DNA from: Squalus acanthias
Lineage: Eukaryota
Direction: 5' to 3'
Assembly: GCA_030390025.1 (NCBI GenBank)
Contig: CM059432.1
Coordinates: forward strand, 104,410,001 to 104,474,000
DNA length: 64,000 nucleotides
Shown: positions 39,563 to 50,799 of the stretch, in pieces
Layout: each line of letters begins with the position of its first letter
Numbering within the stretch: the stretch's first letter is position 1
Position numbers and translations under genes: made by a program
Notes under the pieces: generated by a model
Databases searched by the model: none
Told to the model about the DNA's origin: nothing
The model's input: only the letters and a program-made list of their open reading frames with translations

Positions 39563-41125
39563 ATGGCAAACCCTGTCGGAATTGGCCAAGTCTTTTTATT
39601 AGGAAATTCAAACGATTGCTTTATTAGGGGAAATAATCCTAACCCTGTACCTCCACAAAACCAAGTGATAATTTTTGAAATAGAAGGCTTTGATGCCGAC
39701 GGAGCCGTTAGAACTCATGGCACGATTGATGTTGATCCCCAGAACCAGGGGATACAGAATATCCAGTGGGATAATCAAACAAATACTCCAAATCCACTAA
39801 ATTCCTTAATGATAAGGTGCACAACCGCACAATTGGGAGGCCTAATGAACGGTGCCCAACAAGGTGGTGGCAACCATGGCCGAATAGCAAGACCCGGAGC
39901 AGCCTATGCTCCTGGGGGCCATGGATTCCGGTTAAGGTGGCAAGCTCATGATGAAATAAATGACCAGAATCTTCGCGAAAACTATAGACAGCTTAGAATC
40001 CATTATAATTAATGCTGACAGGCACTAGCTCAATCTTATCTAAATGCTGGAGGCGCAATGATTACTGCTCCAGTAAGCCAACCCCAGCAACCACACATTG
40101 CGCCCCTAGGTCAAGTAAACCTGAGCTCTATCTACACAATATGTGTAGACCGGGAAACACCAGCCAGGAAAAAACCTGCTGGATTCTAACTAACCTTGAT
40201 ACATTGGAAACCTGTTGCCAAGATTGGAATGCCCAACACCTGAGGCAACTACTACAAATGATACTAAGTTCAGATTTAATTCCCCCATTAAACCAGTGTA
40301 ACAATTGGGTTCAAATATACGCCTATGTTCTCACGGCAACTCAGGGAGGGCATGTAATGGGTTCCATAAAGGAAATACTCACTAATACAGCCACAACTAA
40401 AGGGCTGGTAGCTGCCTACAGATTAGGCAAAGTACTTACAAAGGATAACTGGGACATTATCCATGGTTGCCTGGCCAATCAATACCAAAATACAGCCCTC
40501 AAACTTGCCTGTGAGGGTGCTCTAAACGATTATCGAGATAACCAACAAAAATGGGATAATGTCAATCGCATTATCCAATTAAATCTACCCCAACCTAAAC
40601 CTATAATGAGATCAGAAACTAGGGATAAAAAAAACCGGAGAAGGTACCTTTGGTACTCAGAAACAAGGACTGTATAGACCCAAGTCTCAAGTCCACCCCG
40701 CCCAGACACAAACTCATGGCGCGGGACCCCCAAGAGGGTATTCCAGAAGGTTTACACCCCCAACTCGCCCACAATACGAGAAAGATTTCTCCCCAGAAAG
40801 ATGGGATAGACGAGGGGCTAGACCTCGAAAGGAAAGTGAAGGACAGTGGACTCCCTATGGGGACAGCTTTTACACTGGCCAAAACTATCAGAGAGCCATG
40901 GGAGGATACCGGGGAAACCGAAATGACGATCATAAAGATTCCCAGCAGAACCAACGTCCACCTCAACAGGAGGATCGTCAAGATAATAAACGGTCCGACA
41001 AACCCCCTAAGGGATCTGGAAAACATGATACCCCCAAGAGGGAGGAACAAAAATCAGTTAAAATAATTAAAGACAAAGCAGCAAATGAAACTCAGGATCC
41101 TGAGGATGAACAATCCCAGGATTGA
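39563..41125 (+). pseudogene. gag: Foamy-like gag, unit 1, with stops and frameshifts
   Basis: Capsid-like segment GLVAAYRLGKVLTKDNWDIIHG parallels prototype foamy virus GVATAYTLGMMLSGQNYQLVSG (from memory). C-terminus is Gly/Arg/Gln-rich with no CCHC box. Confidence 0.82.
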
Positions 41126-43898
41126 AGGCCTGGCACTCAGCCAGGGCCTCTTGAATTCCCCTATGTCCTGGCAACCTTGCCCACAAACACACAAGTGAAG
41201 GCCCTGTTTGATACAGGAGCTGATTACACTGTAATAGATCCTGCAATTATAAAAACTAAGTGGACAGATTTGGGGAGCCCAATTTGTAAAAGACCATTAG
41301 GGGGATTCACACAAGACAAAACCAAAATAATTAATTTTTACAAAATACCTATTACTATATATGGAACACGGTGACCCTAGATGTAGGACTGGTACCACAA
41401 TTGGCCTGTTCCCTCATTATAGGACAACCAGACATGAAACATTACCTTAAAATCTCAACCAGACCTGTAGAAGCATCCACAGACCAGGATGACAGGGAAA
41501 AACATGTTTGGACACAGCTTGATTGAACTTGCCTAGAGGGGGGAGGCAAAGACCTCCTCGAGCAACTCATTAATAGATACTACCCTTATCTACAACGCCA
41601 TCCAAATCAATGTGGAAAGATAGACATCAAACCCCACCCACTTGATGCTGGCTGGCACAAACCTAAAAAACAGTGGCTTATTCAAGACCACAAAGGAAAA
41701 ATAGATCTCCTAACAACGCTCAAAGAACTAACAGAACAAGGTGTCTTAATCAAAATGGCACCTAGAACTAATTCACCATTGTTTGGTGTTGCTAAACCAG
41801 ATGGGAGGTGGAGATTAGTGGTCGATTATACAGCCTTAAATAGGGTAACGGCCCCACATACTGCACAACAGCAAAATTCCACAGCCCTTCTCTCTGGAAT
41901 CACGAGGGAAAAATATAAATCTTAACTCAATCGTATAAAGAAAAATTAGCCATCATTCAATATCCTAAAACTCTGAAAAATCTGCAAGCAAGTTTAGGAC
42001 TCCTGAATTTTGCTCGATCCTTTACGCCAACCTTTGCCGAGCTCTCAGCACCCCTGTATGCTAGAGTGGGCGAAGCAGCAAAAGGACCATTCATATTTTC
42101 ACCAGACGATTACTCAAAATTGCAACAATTATGCCGAGAGGTTCAAAAAGCCATAGACCTGGAACAGAGGGACCTACAAGTTCCCCTCAATATTCATCTC
42201 AGGTCATCACCTAAAGTGGCAGTTGCAGTTTTCTATAATGAAAAGAGCATAGTGCCCATTCAGTTGCATTCTTATAACTTTTCCAATGTCGAAAGGAGGT
42301 ACATTAAAAAAGAAAGGGTCATGACTATGGCAGTCCAATGCCTCATCAAGGCACGACCCCTTCAAGGGAAATACCCCATTCCCATCTATACTGAGATTCC
42401 CGATTTAAGATCAGTATTGAGGATGGCCTCTGATGAAAAAAGAGCCACTCAGATCCGATATGATAAATGGGCATTGTTCTTGAATGATCCGACACTCATT
42501 TTTAAATTCCTCTCCCCGGAAATGGATTTAGACCCAACAAAAGAGAATCCACCAGGATATCCACCAAAGTACTTTTACTCGGAAACCCCTACGGGTATTG
42601 TGCTAGTTAAGTTGCCCAAGGGAAACCGAGAAGTACCCCCGAGACACAAACGAGAACAGCTTGTAAAAGAAGCTCACAAGGGCATAAGTCAAGCACATTG
42701 TGGTGCCAGAACAACATTCTGCAAATTGACCCCCTTATATTGGTGGCCAGGCATGCTTAAGGCCTGTAAAACATATGTGGCAAATTGTGAGCCATGCTAT
42801 TTACCAATAAGTCATCACTAATTAAGCCACCACCATTGGCTCCTGTGAAAGCTGATGAGCCAATAGGAAAATTCTTTATTGACTTTATTGGACCACTTCC
42901 CCCGTCTTTGGGATACAGACATGTTCTCGTTTGTGTAGATGGATGCACTTCCTTCTGCTGGCTGGTCCCCACAAAAACTGTTTCGGAAAACGCACTCGCC
43001 AAGGCTATTACTGACATAATTACTGTAGCTGGTGCACCCAAAATCTTACACTCTGATCAAGGCGGAGCCTTTGTATCCAAGGTCTTCAAAGACTACTGCG
43101 AAAAAAGGGGGATTGGGTTAGAGCACAGCACGCCACGTCATCCGCAATCAGCGGGGCTGGTGGAATGTAAAAACCAGGAAGTAAAGAAGCTATTGGTCAA
43201 ACTGTTGAGAATCAGGGGGAAATAAGTGGACCACCATCATTCCGGAGGTGCAGCTATCACTGAATAATGTGCCCGCATCTGCATCAGAGACCGTGTCCCC
43301 TAAAACTCCATATTATCTGATGTATGGGGTTGAGATGAATACACCGCTTACCCATAATTCTTTTATTGCCTCTACACTCTCTGAGTCCTTGACCCGACAG
43401 CGACAGTTAGATTTAAAAAAAGAAGTAACAGAGGAGATTCATCAAATTGATCAGAGGATAAGGGAGGCAAATAGGCAGAAAAAATTGACAAACAAAGCAT
43501 GGCAACCCCTAGTAGGAGAATGGGTACAGGAAAAGAAGTTCGAGCCAAAACCTGGTTTAAGACTGAAGTGGAAAAAACCTGTTCAAATACATTCCGTTAT
43601 TAACAAAAGAACAGTTAAAATGCATATTAACCAGCTGAATGGCAAGCATATTCTTAAAACTGTCTCCATAGACAATCTCAAAAGATGTCCTGCGGGATAC
43701 CGAAATGGAGGTATAATACAAGGTGCAGTCGTACACTGTCTTTTAAGACCCAGCTTGGAGCGCAACACAGGAAATGGATGCGATCGAACTACTGACGACG
43801 GTCAGTCAGACGGTGTCGTCGACTCCTCCACACGATGCTTGGCAAAGCCTCAGGAATTGGATTCGCGAAAAGCAACAACCAAAACAAGGAAAGATTAA
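41126..43898 (+). pseudogene. pol: Foamy-like pol, unit 1: protease, RT lacking its palm, no RNase H, integrase
   Basis: Protease LFDTGA; RT KPDGRWRLVVDY...KYKS joined to LGLLNFARSF; integrase HHCC, FFIDFIGPLPPSLGY, HSDQGGAF, STPRHPQSAGLVE and TVSIDNLK. Confidence 0.92.
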
Positions 43899-44320
43899 TG
43901 AGTTACTTCAACGAAGGAGGAAGACACCGCGGATGAAGAAGGAATCAACTGAGCGCCTGGTAAGGCCTTTATGAAAACAAGTATCTGTACACACGCCGGA
44001 TCGAAGGAACAGCGTGTCAAGCTTCAGCTAGTTCCAAATGATGTCTCCTTGACTCGTATGGATAACTCACCTCTACGGAACGTACATCTGCCAATTGGAC
44101 ATTCTAAGTACATGTTGTTTCGCTACTTGCATGACTATGTACCTATCATCCTTTTAAATTGTGTTCAATTTAAAATAAGGCAAAACATTGTCCTAGGATG
44201 ACTTAAAAGGAATTTTCATGTAGCACATGATTGTGAATGTCATGAAATTAATGTGCTATTGTAACCTTATTAATAACATTGACCAAACTCTGTCTTGATG
44301 CTCCAGCTCATTTTTTGGTC
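43774..44320 (+). pseudogene. Putative env leader remnant fused to an unassigned 3' segment, unit 1
   Basis: An ATG-initiated ORF overlaps the end of pol, as foamy env does (MDAIELL...AWQSLRNWIRE). No SU or TM sequence is present before the polypurine tract. Confidence 0.4.
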
Positions 44321-44330
44321 AAGAGGGGTA

Positions 44331-45767
44331 TGTGAAGGAATAGCCATATTCAGAAAAATACACCATCCTATGAAAGAATTCTGACTTTATTAAACATGAA
44401 AAACTGGGCTTGGAAATCTGAAAGCCTCAACAATGAAAAGCTGTAAACAGCATACAAGCTTTGGAGATAAGATAAGTTGTTGACACTGAAACAATAGCCC
44501 TATTGAAGCAGAGGGTTAAAGCTTCCAGAATGTCTGCAGCTTGGGAAAGAGCACAATGGAATCACCAGTTAAAGTGTCTTAAACCAACACTTCGAAATGA
44601 AACACAGAACATTAAAGAAACATATGCCTTCGTAACTATGACATCAAGTAAAAGGAACACCTGCCGTCAAATCGTTTTTATGTTAAACTTAGAACACGGA
44701 GACAGGAGTCTGTGGTACAACCAATTGAGGTAGCTAAGAAGACAATGAGATACCCGGTTGAGGTGTTTTTAATTTACATGTTGTAAAAAGATACAAACAG
44801 AAGACTTTCATAAATATGACATCAATAAATGCAACAGTCATCACATTGTTTTTGTGTTGAACTTGGAACACCTAGGAGACATGAAGTCTGCTTCCAACCA
44901 GCTGAGGTGACTTAAGAATTAAACAGGAGACTTTGATAAGAATGACATCAAATAGATACATCTGTTACAACCGTTTTTTATGATGAACTTGAAACACCTA
45001 AAGGAGAGACATGAGTCTGAAAGCTACAAGCTGAACTAACTGTAAGAATAGAAGGGGTCAACAGAAAAATGACTAGAGATAATTAGCTTACATCAGTAGA
45101 AAAACTTCAAAGGATATACCACTGAGAAAGAGTATAAATATAGAACTTTCAAATAGGAAGACAGAATTCGCTGGAAGTGGCAAAGCGGTTCTCAGACTTC
45201 AGAGGCAAGCTCTGTAAGTTTTCAACTCTTTAAGACTCGGGTATCAAAGGTATTTGATTTTGGTGGATATTCTGGAATAGACTAAGAACTGTAAAAATGT
45301 AACGAAGTTAAGATTTGAGAATAAGGATCTCTGATAAAAGAATTGTAAGCTTTTGTATTTTGAACTGTTAAAGTTTCGACTGAATCACCAACTGTAATTA
45401 CATGTCGGTTCTTTAATAAATCTATATTTTTTTAGAATTGTCTCAAATAGTACTTCTGTATCAAACTCGCGAACTCAATCTCTGTACACTCTTTGGTGAG
45501 GAGTTGCAGAATTCTGGGGGAGTTTTCCGGACCCTCATAATATCCAGAACGTTACAGTCTAGCTAAACTTATTAAAAGTGCTATCTGGATGACGGTAACA
45601 TCTTCAGGTCGTTCCTTTCCTTTAGGGAGAGATAGTCTGGACCTTTAGACCCAATTAAGCGTCTTTAGGATCCGGCTACCTCTAACTTTAGTTGAAGGTG
45701 AACGTCTGGGGAATACGCCTGATCCAGGGTAGCCCAAAAGGGGCTAGGACTAGTAATTATCCCTTCA
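44331..45767 (+). repeat. LTR 2 (shared middle LTR)
   Basis: Preceded by the polypurine tract AAGAGGGG (44321) and followed by a PBS (45770); AATAAA at 45415. Confidence 0.93.
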
Positions 45768-46030
45768 GTTGGCGCCCAACGTGTGTGTTAACGAGTTGAT
45801 ACAGAACCTATACTTATATTTATATCTATATCCATCTTGTAGTTTGTTAAGTGTAGAAGGAGTGTTTTACTGACAGTGGTACTAAGACCCAGATTTAAGT
45901 CTCTAGAGATGACAAGTCCCTGATCAGGCCTTGTAGAACTTAAATCAGAACTCCCTCAATATACCATTGAGGTCTAGAAATTTATTATAAAGTTCATATT
46001 AAACCCTAACCGAGGTTAGGTCCTGACGAA

Positions 46031-47592
46031 ATGGCAAACCCTGTCGGAATTGGCCAAGTCTTTTTATTAGGAAATTCAAACGATTGCTTTATTAGGGGAA
46101 ATAATCCTAACCCTGTACCTCCACAAAACCAAGTGATAATTTTTGAAATAGAAGGCTTTGATGCCGACGGAGCCGTTAGAACTCATGGCACGATTGATGT
46201 TGATCCCCAGAACCAGGGGATACAGAATATCCAGTGGGATAATCAAACAAATACTCCAAATCCACTAAATTCCTTAATGATAAGGTGCACAACCGCACAA
46301 TTGGGAGGCCTAATGAACGGTGCCCAACAAGGTGGTGGCAACCATGGCCGAATAGCAAGACCCGGAGCAGCCTATGCTCCTGGGGGCCATGGATTCCGGT
46401 TAAGGTGGCAAGCTCATGATGAAATAAATGACCGGAATCTTCGCGAAAACTATAGACAGCTTAGAATCCATTATAATTAATGCTGACAGGCACTAGCTCA
46501 ATCTTATCTAAATGCTGGAGGCGCAATGATTACTGCTCCAGTAAGCCAACCCCAGCAACCACACATTGCGCCCCTAGGTCAAGTAAACCTGAGCTCTATC
46601 TACACAATGTGTGGTAGACCGGGAAACACCAGCCAGGAAAAAACCTGCTGGATTCTAACTAACCTTGATACATTGGAAACCTGTTGCCAAGATTGGAATG
46701 CCCAACACCTGAGGCAACTACTACAAATGATACTAAGTTCAGATTTAATTCTCCCATTAAACCAGTGTAACAATTGGGTTCAAATATACGCCTATGTTCT
46801 CACGGCAACTCAGGGAGGGCATGTAATGGGTTCCATCAAGGAAATACTCACTAATACAGCCGCAACTAAAGGGCTGGTAGCTGCCTACAGAATAGGCAAA
46901 GTACTTACACAGGATAACTGGGACATTGTCCATGGTTGCCTGGCCAATCAATACCAAAATACAGCCCTCAAACTTGCCTGTGAGGGTGCTCTAAACGATT
47001 GTCGAGATTGCCAACAAAGATGGGATAAAGTCAATCGCATTATCCAATTAAATCATGACCTCTTAGGTCTACCCCAAACTAAACCTATAATGAGATCAGA
47101 AACTAGGGATAAAAAAAACCGGAGAAGGTACCTTTGGTACTCAGAAACAAGGACTGTATAGACCCAAGTCTCAAGTCCACCCCGCCCAGACACAAACTCA
47201 TGGCTCAGGACCCCCAAGAGGGTATTCCAGAAGGTTTACACCCACAACTCGCCCACAATACGAGAAAGATTTCTCCCCGGAAAGATGGGATAGACGAGGA
47301 AAGCGAAGGACAGTGGACTCCCTATGGGGACAGCTTTTACACTGGCCAAAACTATCAGAGAGCCATGGGAGGATACCGGGAAAACCGATATGACGATCAT
47401 AAAGATTCCCAGCAGAACCAACGTCCACCTCAACAGGAGGATCGTCAAGATAATAAACGGTCCGACAAACCCCCTAAGGGATCTGGAAAACATGATACCC
47501 CCAAGAGGGAGGAACAAAAATCAGTTAAAATAATTAAAGACAAAGCAGCAAATGAAACTCAGGATCCTGAGGATGAACAATCCCAGGATTGA
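46031..47592 (+). pseudogene. gag: Foamy-like gag, unit 2
   Basis: ORFs 46031-46480 and 46526-47161 share a frame and are separated by TAA and TGA. Capsid-like region ends ...NHDLLGL. Confidence 0.82.
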
Positions 47593-50367
47593 AGGCCTGG
47601 CACCCAGCCAGGGCCTCTTGAATTCCCCTATGTCCTGGCAACCTTGCCCACAAACACACAAGTGAAGGCCCTGTTTGATACAGGAGCTGATTACACTGTA
47701 ATAGATCCTGCAATTATAAAAACTAAGTGGACAGATTTGGGGAGCCCAATTTGTAAAAGACCATTAGGGGGATTCACACAAGACAAAACCAAAATAATTA
47801 ATTTTTACAAAATACCTATTACTATATATGGAATCACGGTGACCCTAGATGTAGGACTGGTACCACAATTGGCCTGTTCCCTCATTATAGGACAACCAGA
47901 CATGAAACATTACCTTAAAATCTCAACCAGACCTGTAGAAGCATCCACAGACCAGGATGACAGGGAAAAACATGTTTGGACACAGCTTGATTGAACTTGC
48001 CTAGAGGGGGGAGGCAAAGACCTCCTCGAGCAACTCATTAATAGATACTACCCTTATCTACAACGCCATCCAAATCAATGTGGAAAGATAGACATCAAAC
48101 CCCACCCACTTGATGCTGGCTGGCACAAACCTAAAAAACAGTGGCCTATTCAAGACCACTAAGGAAAAATAGATCTCCTAACAACGCTCAAAGAACTAAC
48201 AGAACAAGGTGTCTTAATCAAAATGGCACCTAGAACTAATTCACCATTGTTTGGTGTTGCTAAACCAGATGGGAGGTGGAGATTAGTGGTCGATTATACA
48301 GCCTTAAATAGGGTAACGGCCCCACATACTGCACAACAGCAAAATTCCACAGCCCTTCTCTCTGGAATCACGAGGGAAAAATATAAATCTTAACTCAATC
48401 GTATAAAGAAAAATTAGCCATCATTCAATATCCTAAAACTCTGAAAAATCTGCAAGCAAGTTTAGGACTCCTGAATTTTGCTCGATCCTTTACGCCAACC
48501 TTTGCCGAGCTCTCAGCACCCCTGTATGCTAGAGTGGGCGAAGCAGCAAAAGGACCATTCATATTTTCACCAGACGATTACTCAAAATTGCAACAATTAT
48601 GCCGAGAGGTACAAAAAGCCATAGACCTGGAACAGAGGGACTTACAAGTTCCCCTCAATATTCATCTCAGGTCATCACCTAAAGTGGCAGTTGCAGTTTT
48701 CTATAATGAAAAGAGCATAGTGCCCATCCAGTTCCATTCTTATAACTTTTCCAATGTCGAAAGGAGGTACATTAAAAAAGAAAAGGTCATGACTATGGCA
48801 GTCCAATGCCTCATCAAGGCACGACCCCTTCAAGGGAAATACCCCATTACCATCTATACTGAGATTCCCGATTTAAGATCAGTATTGAGGATGGCCTCTG
48901 ATGAAAAAAGAGCCACTCAGATCCGATATGATAAATGGGCATTGTTCTTGAATGATCCGACACTCATTTTTAAATTCCTCTCCCCGGAAATGGATTTAGA
49001 CCCAACAAAAGAGAATCCACCAGGATATCCACCAAAGTACTTTTACTCGGAAACCCCTACTGGTATTGTGCTAGTTAAGTTGCCCAAGGGAAACCGAGAA
49101 GTACCCCCGAGACACAAACGAGAACAGCTTGTAAAAGAAGCTCACAAGGGCATAAGTCAAGCACATTGTGGTGCCAGAACAACATTCTGCAAATTGACCC
49201 CCTTATATTGGTGGCCAGGCATGCTTAAGGCCTGTAAAACATACGTGGCAAATTGTGAGCCATGCTATTTAACCAATAAGTCATCACTAATTAAGCCACC
49301 ACCATTGGCTCCTGTGAAAGCTGATGAGCCAATAGGAAAATTCTTTATTGACTTTATTGGACCACTTCCCCCATCTTTGGGATACAGACATGTTCTCTTT
49401 TGTGTAGATGGATGCACTTCCTTCTGCTGGCTGGTCCCCACAAAAACTGTTTCGGAAAACGCACTAGCCAAGGCTATTACTGACATAATTACTGTAGCTG
49501 GTGCACCCAAAATCTTACACTCTGATCAAGGCGGAGCCTTTGTATCCAAGGTCTTCAAAGACTACTGCGAAAAAAGGGGGATTGGGTTAGAGCACAGCAC
49601 GCCACGTCATCCGCAATCAGCGGGGCTGGTGGAATGTAAAAACCAGGAAGTAAAGAAGCTATTGGTCAAACTGTTGAGAATCAGGGGGAAATAAGTGGAC
49701 CACCATCATTCCGGAGGTGCAGCTATCACTGAATAATGTGCCCGCATCTGCATCAGAGACCGTGTCCCCTAAAACTCCATATTATCTGATGTATGGGGTT
49801 GAGATGAATACACCGCTTACCCATAATTCTTTTATTGCCTCTACACTCTCTGAGTCCTTGACCCGACAGCGACAGTTAGATTTAAAAAAAGAAGTAACAG
49901 AGGAGATTCATCAAATTGATCAGAGGATAAGGGAGGCAAATAGGCAGAAAAAATTGACAAACAAAGCATGGCAACCCCTAGTAGGAGAATGGGTACAGGA
50001 AAAGAAGTTCAAGCCAAAACCTGGTTTAAGACCGAAGTGGAAAAAACCTGTTCAAATACATTCCGTTATTAACAAAAGAACAGTTAAAATGCATATTAAC
50101 CAGCCGAATGGCAAGCATATTCTTAAAACTGTCTCCATAGACAATCTCAAAAGATGTCCTGCGGGATACCGAAATGGAGGTATAATACAAGGTGTAGTCG
50201 TACACTGTCTTTTAAGACCCAGCTTGGAACGCAACACAGGAAATGGATGCGATCGAACTACTGACGACGGTCAGTCAGACGGTGTCGTCGACTCCTCCAC
50301 ACGATGCTTGGCAAAGCCTCAGGAATTGGATTCGCGAAAAGCAACAACCAAAACAAGGAAAGATTAA
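47593..50367 (+). pseudogene. pol: Foamy-like pol, unit 2, with the same deletions as unit 1
   Basis: ORFs 47644-47994 (protease), 48534-49694 (RT connection fused to integrase) and 49717-50367 (integrase C-terminal domain). Confidence 0.92.
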
Positions 50368-50799
50368 TGAGTTACTTCAACGAAGGAGGAAGACACCGCG
50401 GATGAAGAAGGAATCAACTGAGCGCCTGGTAAGGCCTTTATGAAAACAAGTATCTGTACACACGCCGGATCGAAGGAACAGCGTGTCAAGCTTCAGCTAG
50501 TTCCAAATGATGTCTCCTTGACTCGTATGGATAACTCACCTCTACGGAACGTACATCTGCCAATTGGACATTCTAAGTACATGTTGTTTCGCTACTTGCA
50601 TGACTATGTACCTATCATCCTTTTAAATTGTGTTCAATTTAAAATAAGGCAAAACATTGTCCTAGGATGACTTAAAAGGAATTTTCATGTAGCACATGAT
50701 TGTGAATGTCATGAAATTAATGTGCTATTGTAACCTTATTAATAACATTGACCAAACTCTGTCTTGATGCTCCAGCTCATTTTTTGGTCAAGAGGGGTA

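Noticed and set aside
40620..40640. A-AAA-AAC slippery heptamer in gag as a programmed -1 frameshift
   Set aside because: In unit 1 it is the +1 frame, not the -1 frame, that runs open to the gag C-terminus. A one-base homopolymer insertion is the simpler explanation.
43080..43480. Central polypurine tract in the integrase region
   Set aside because: Several purine runs exist, but I found no exact copy of the 3' PPT, so none can be assigned.
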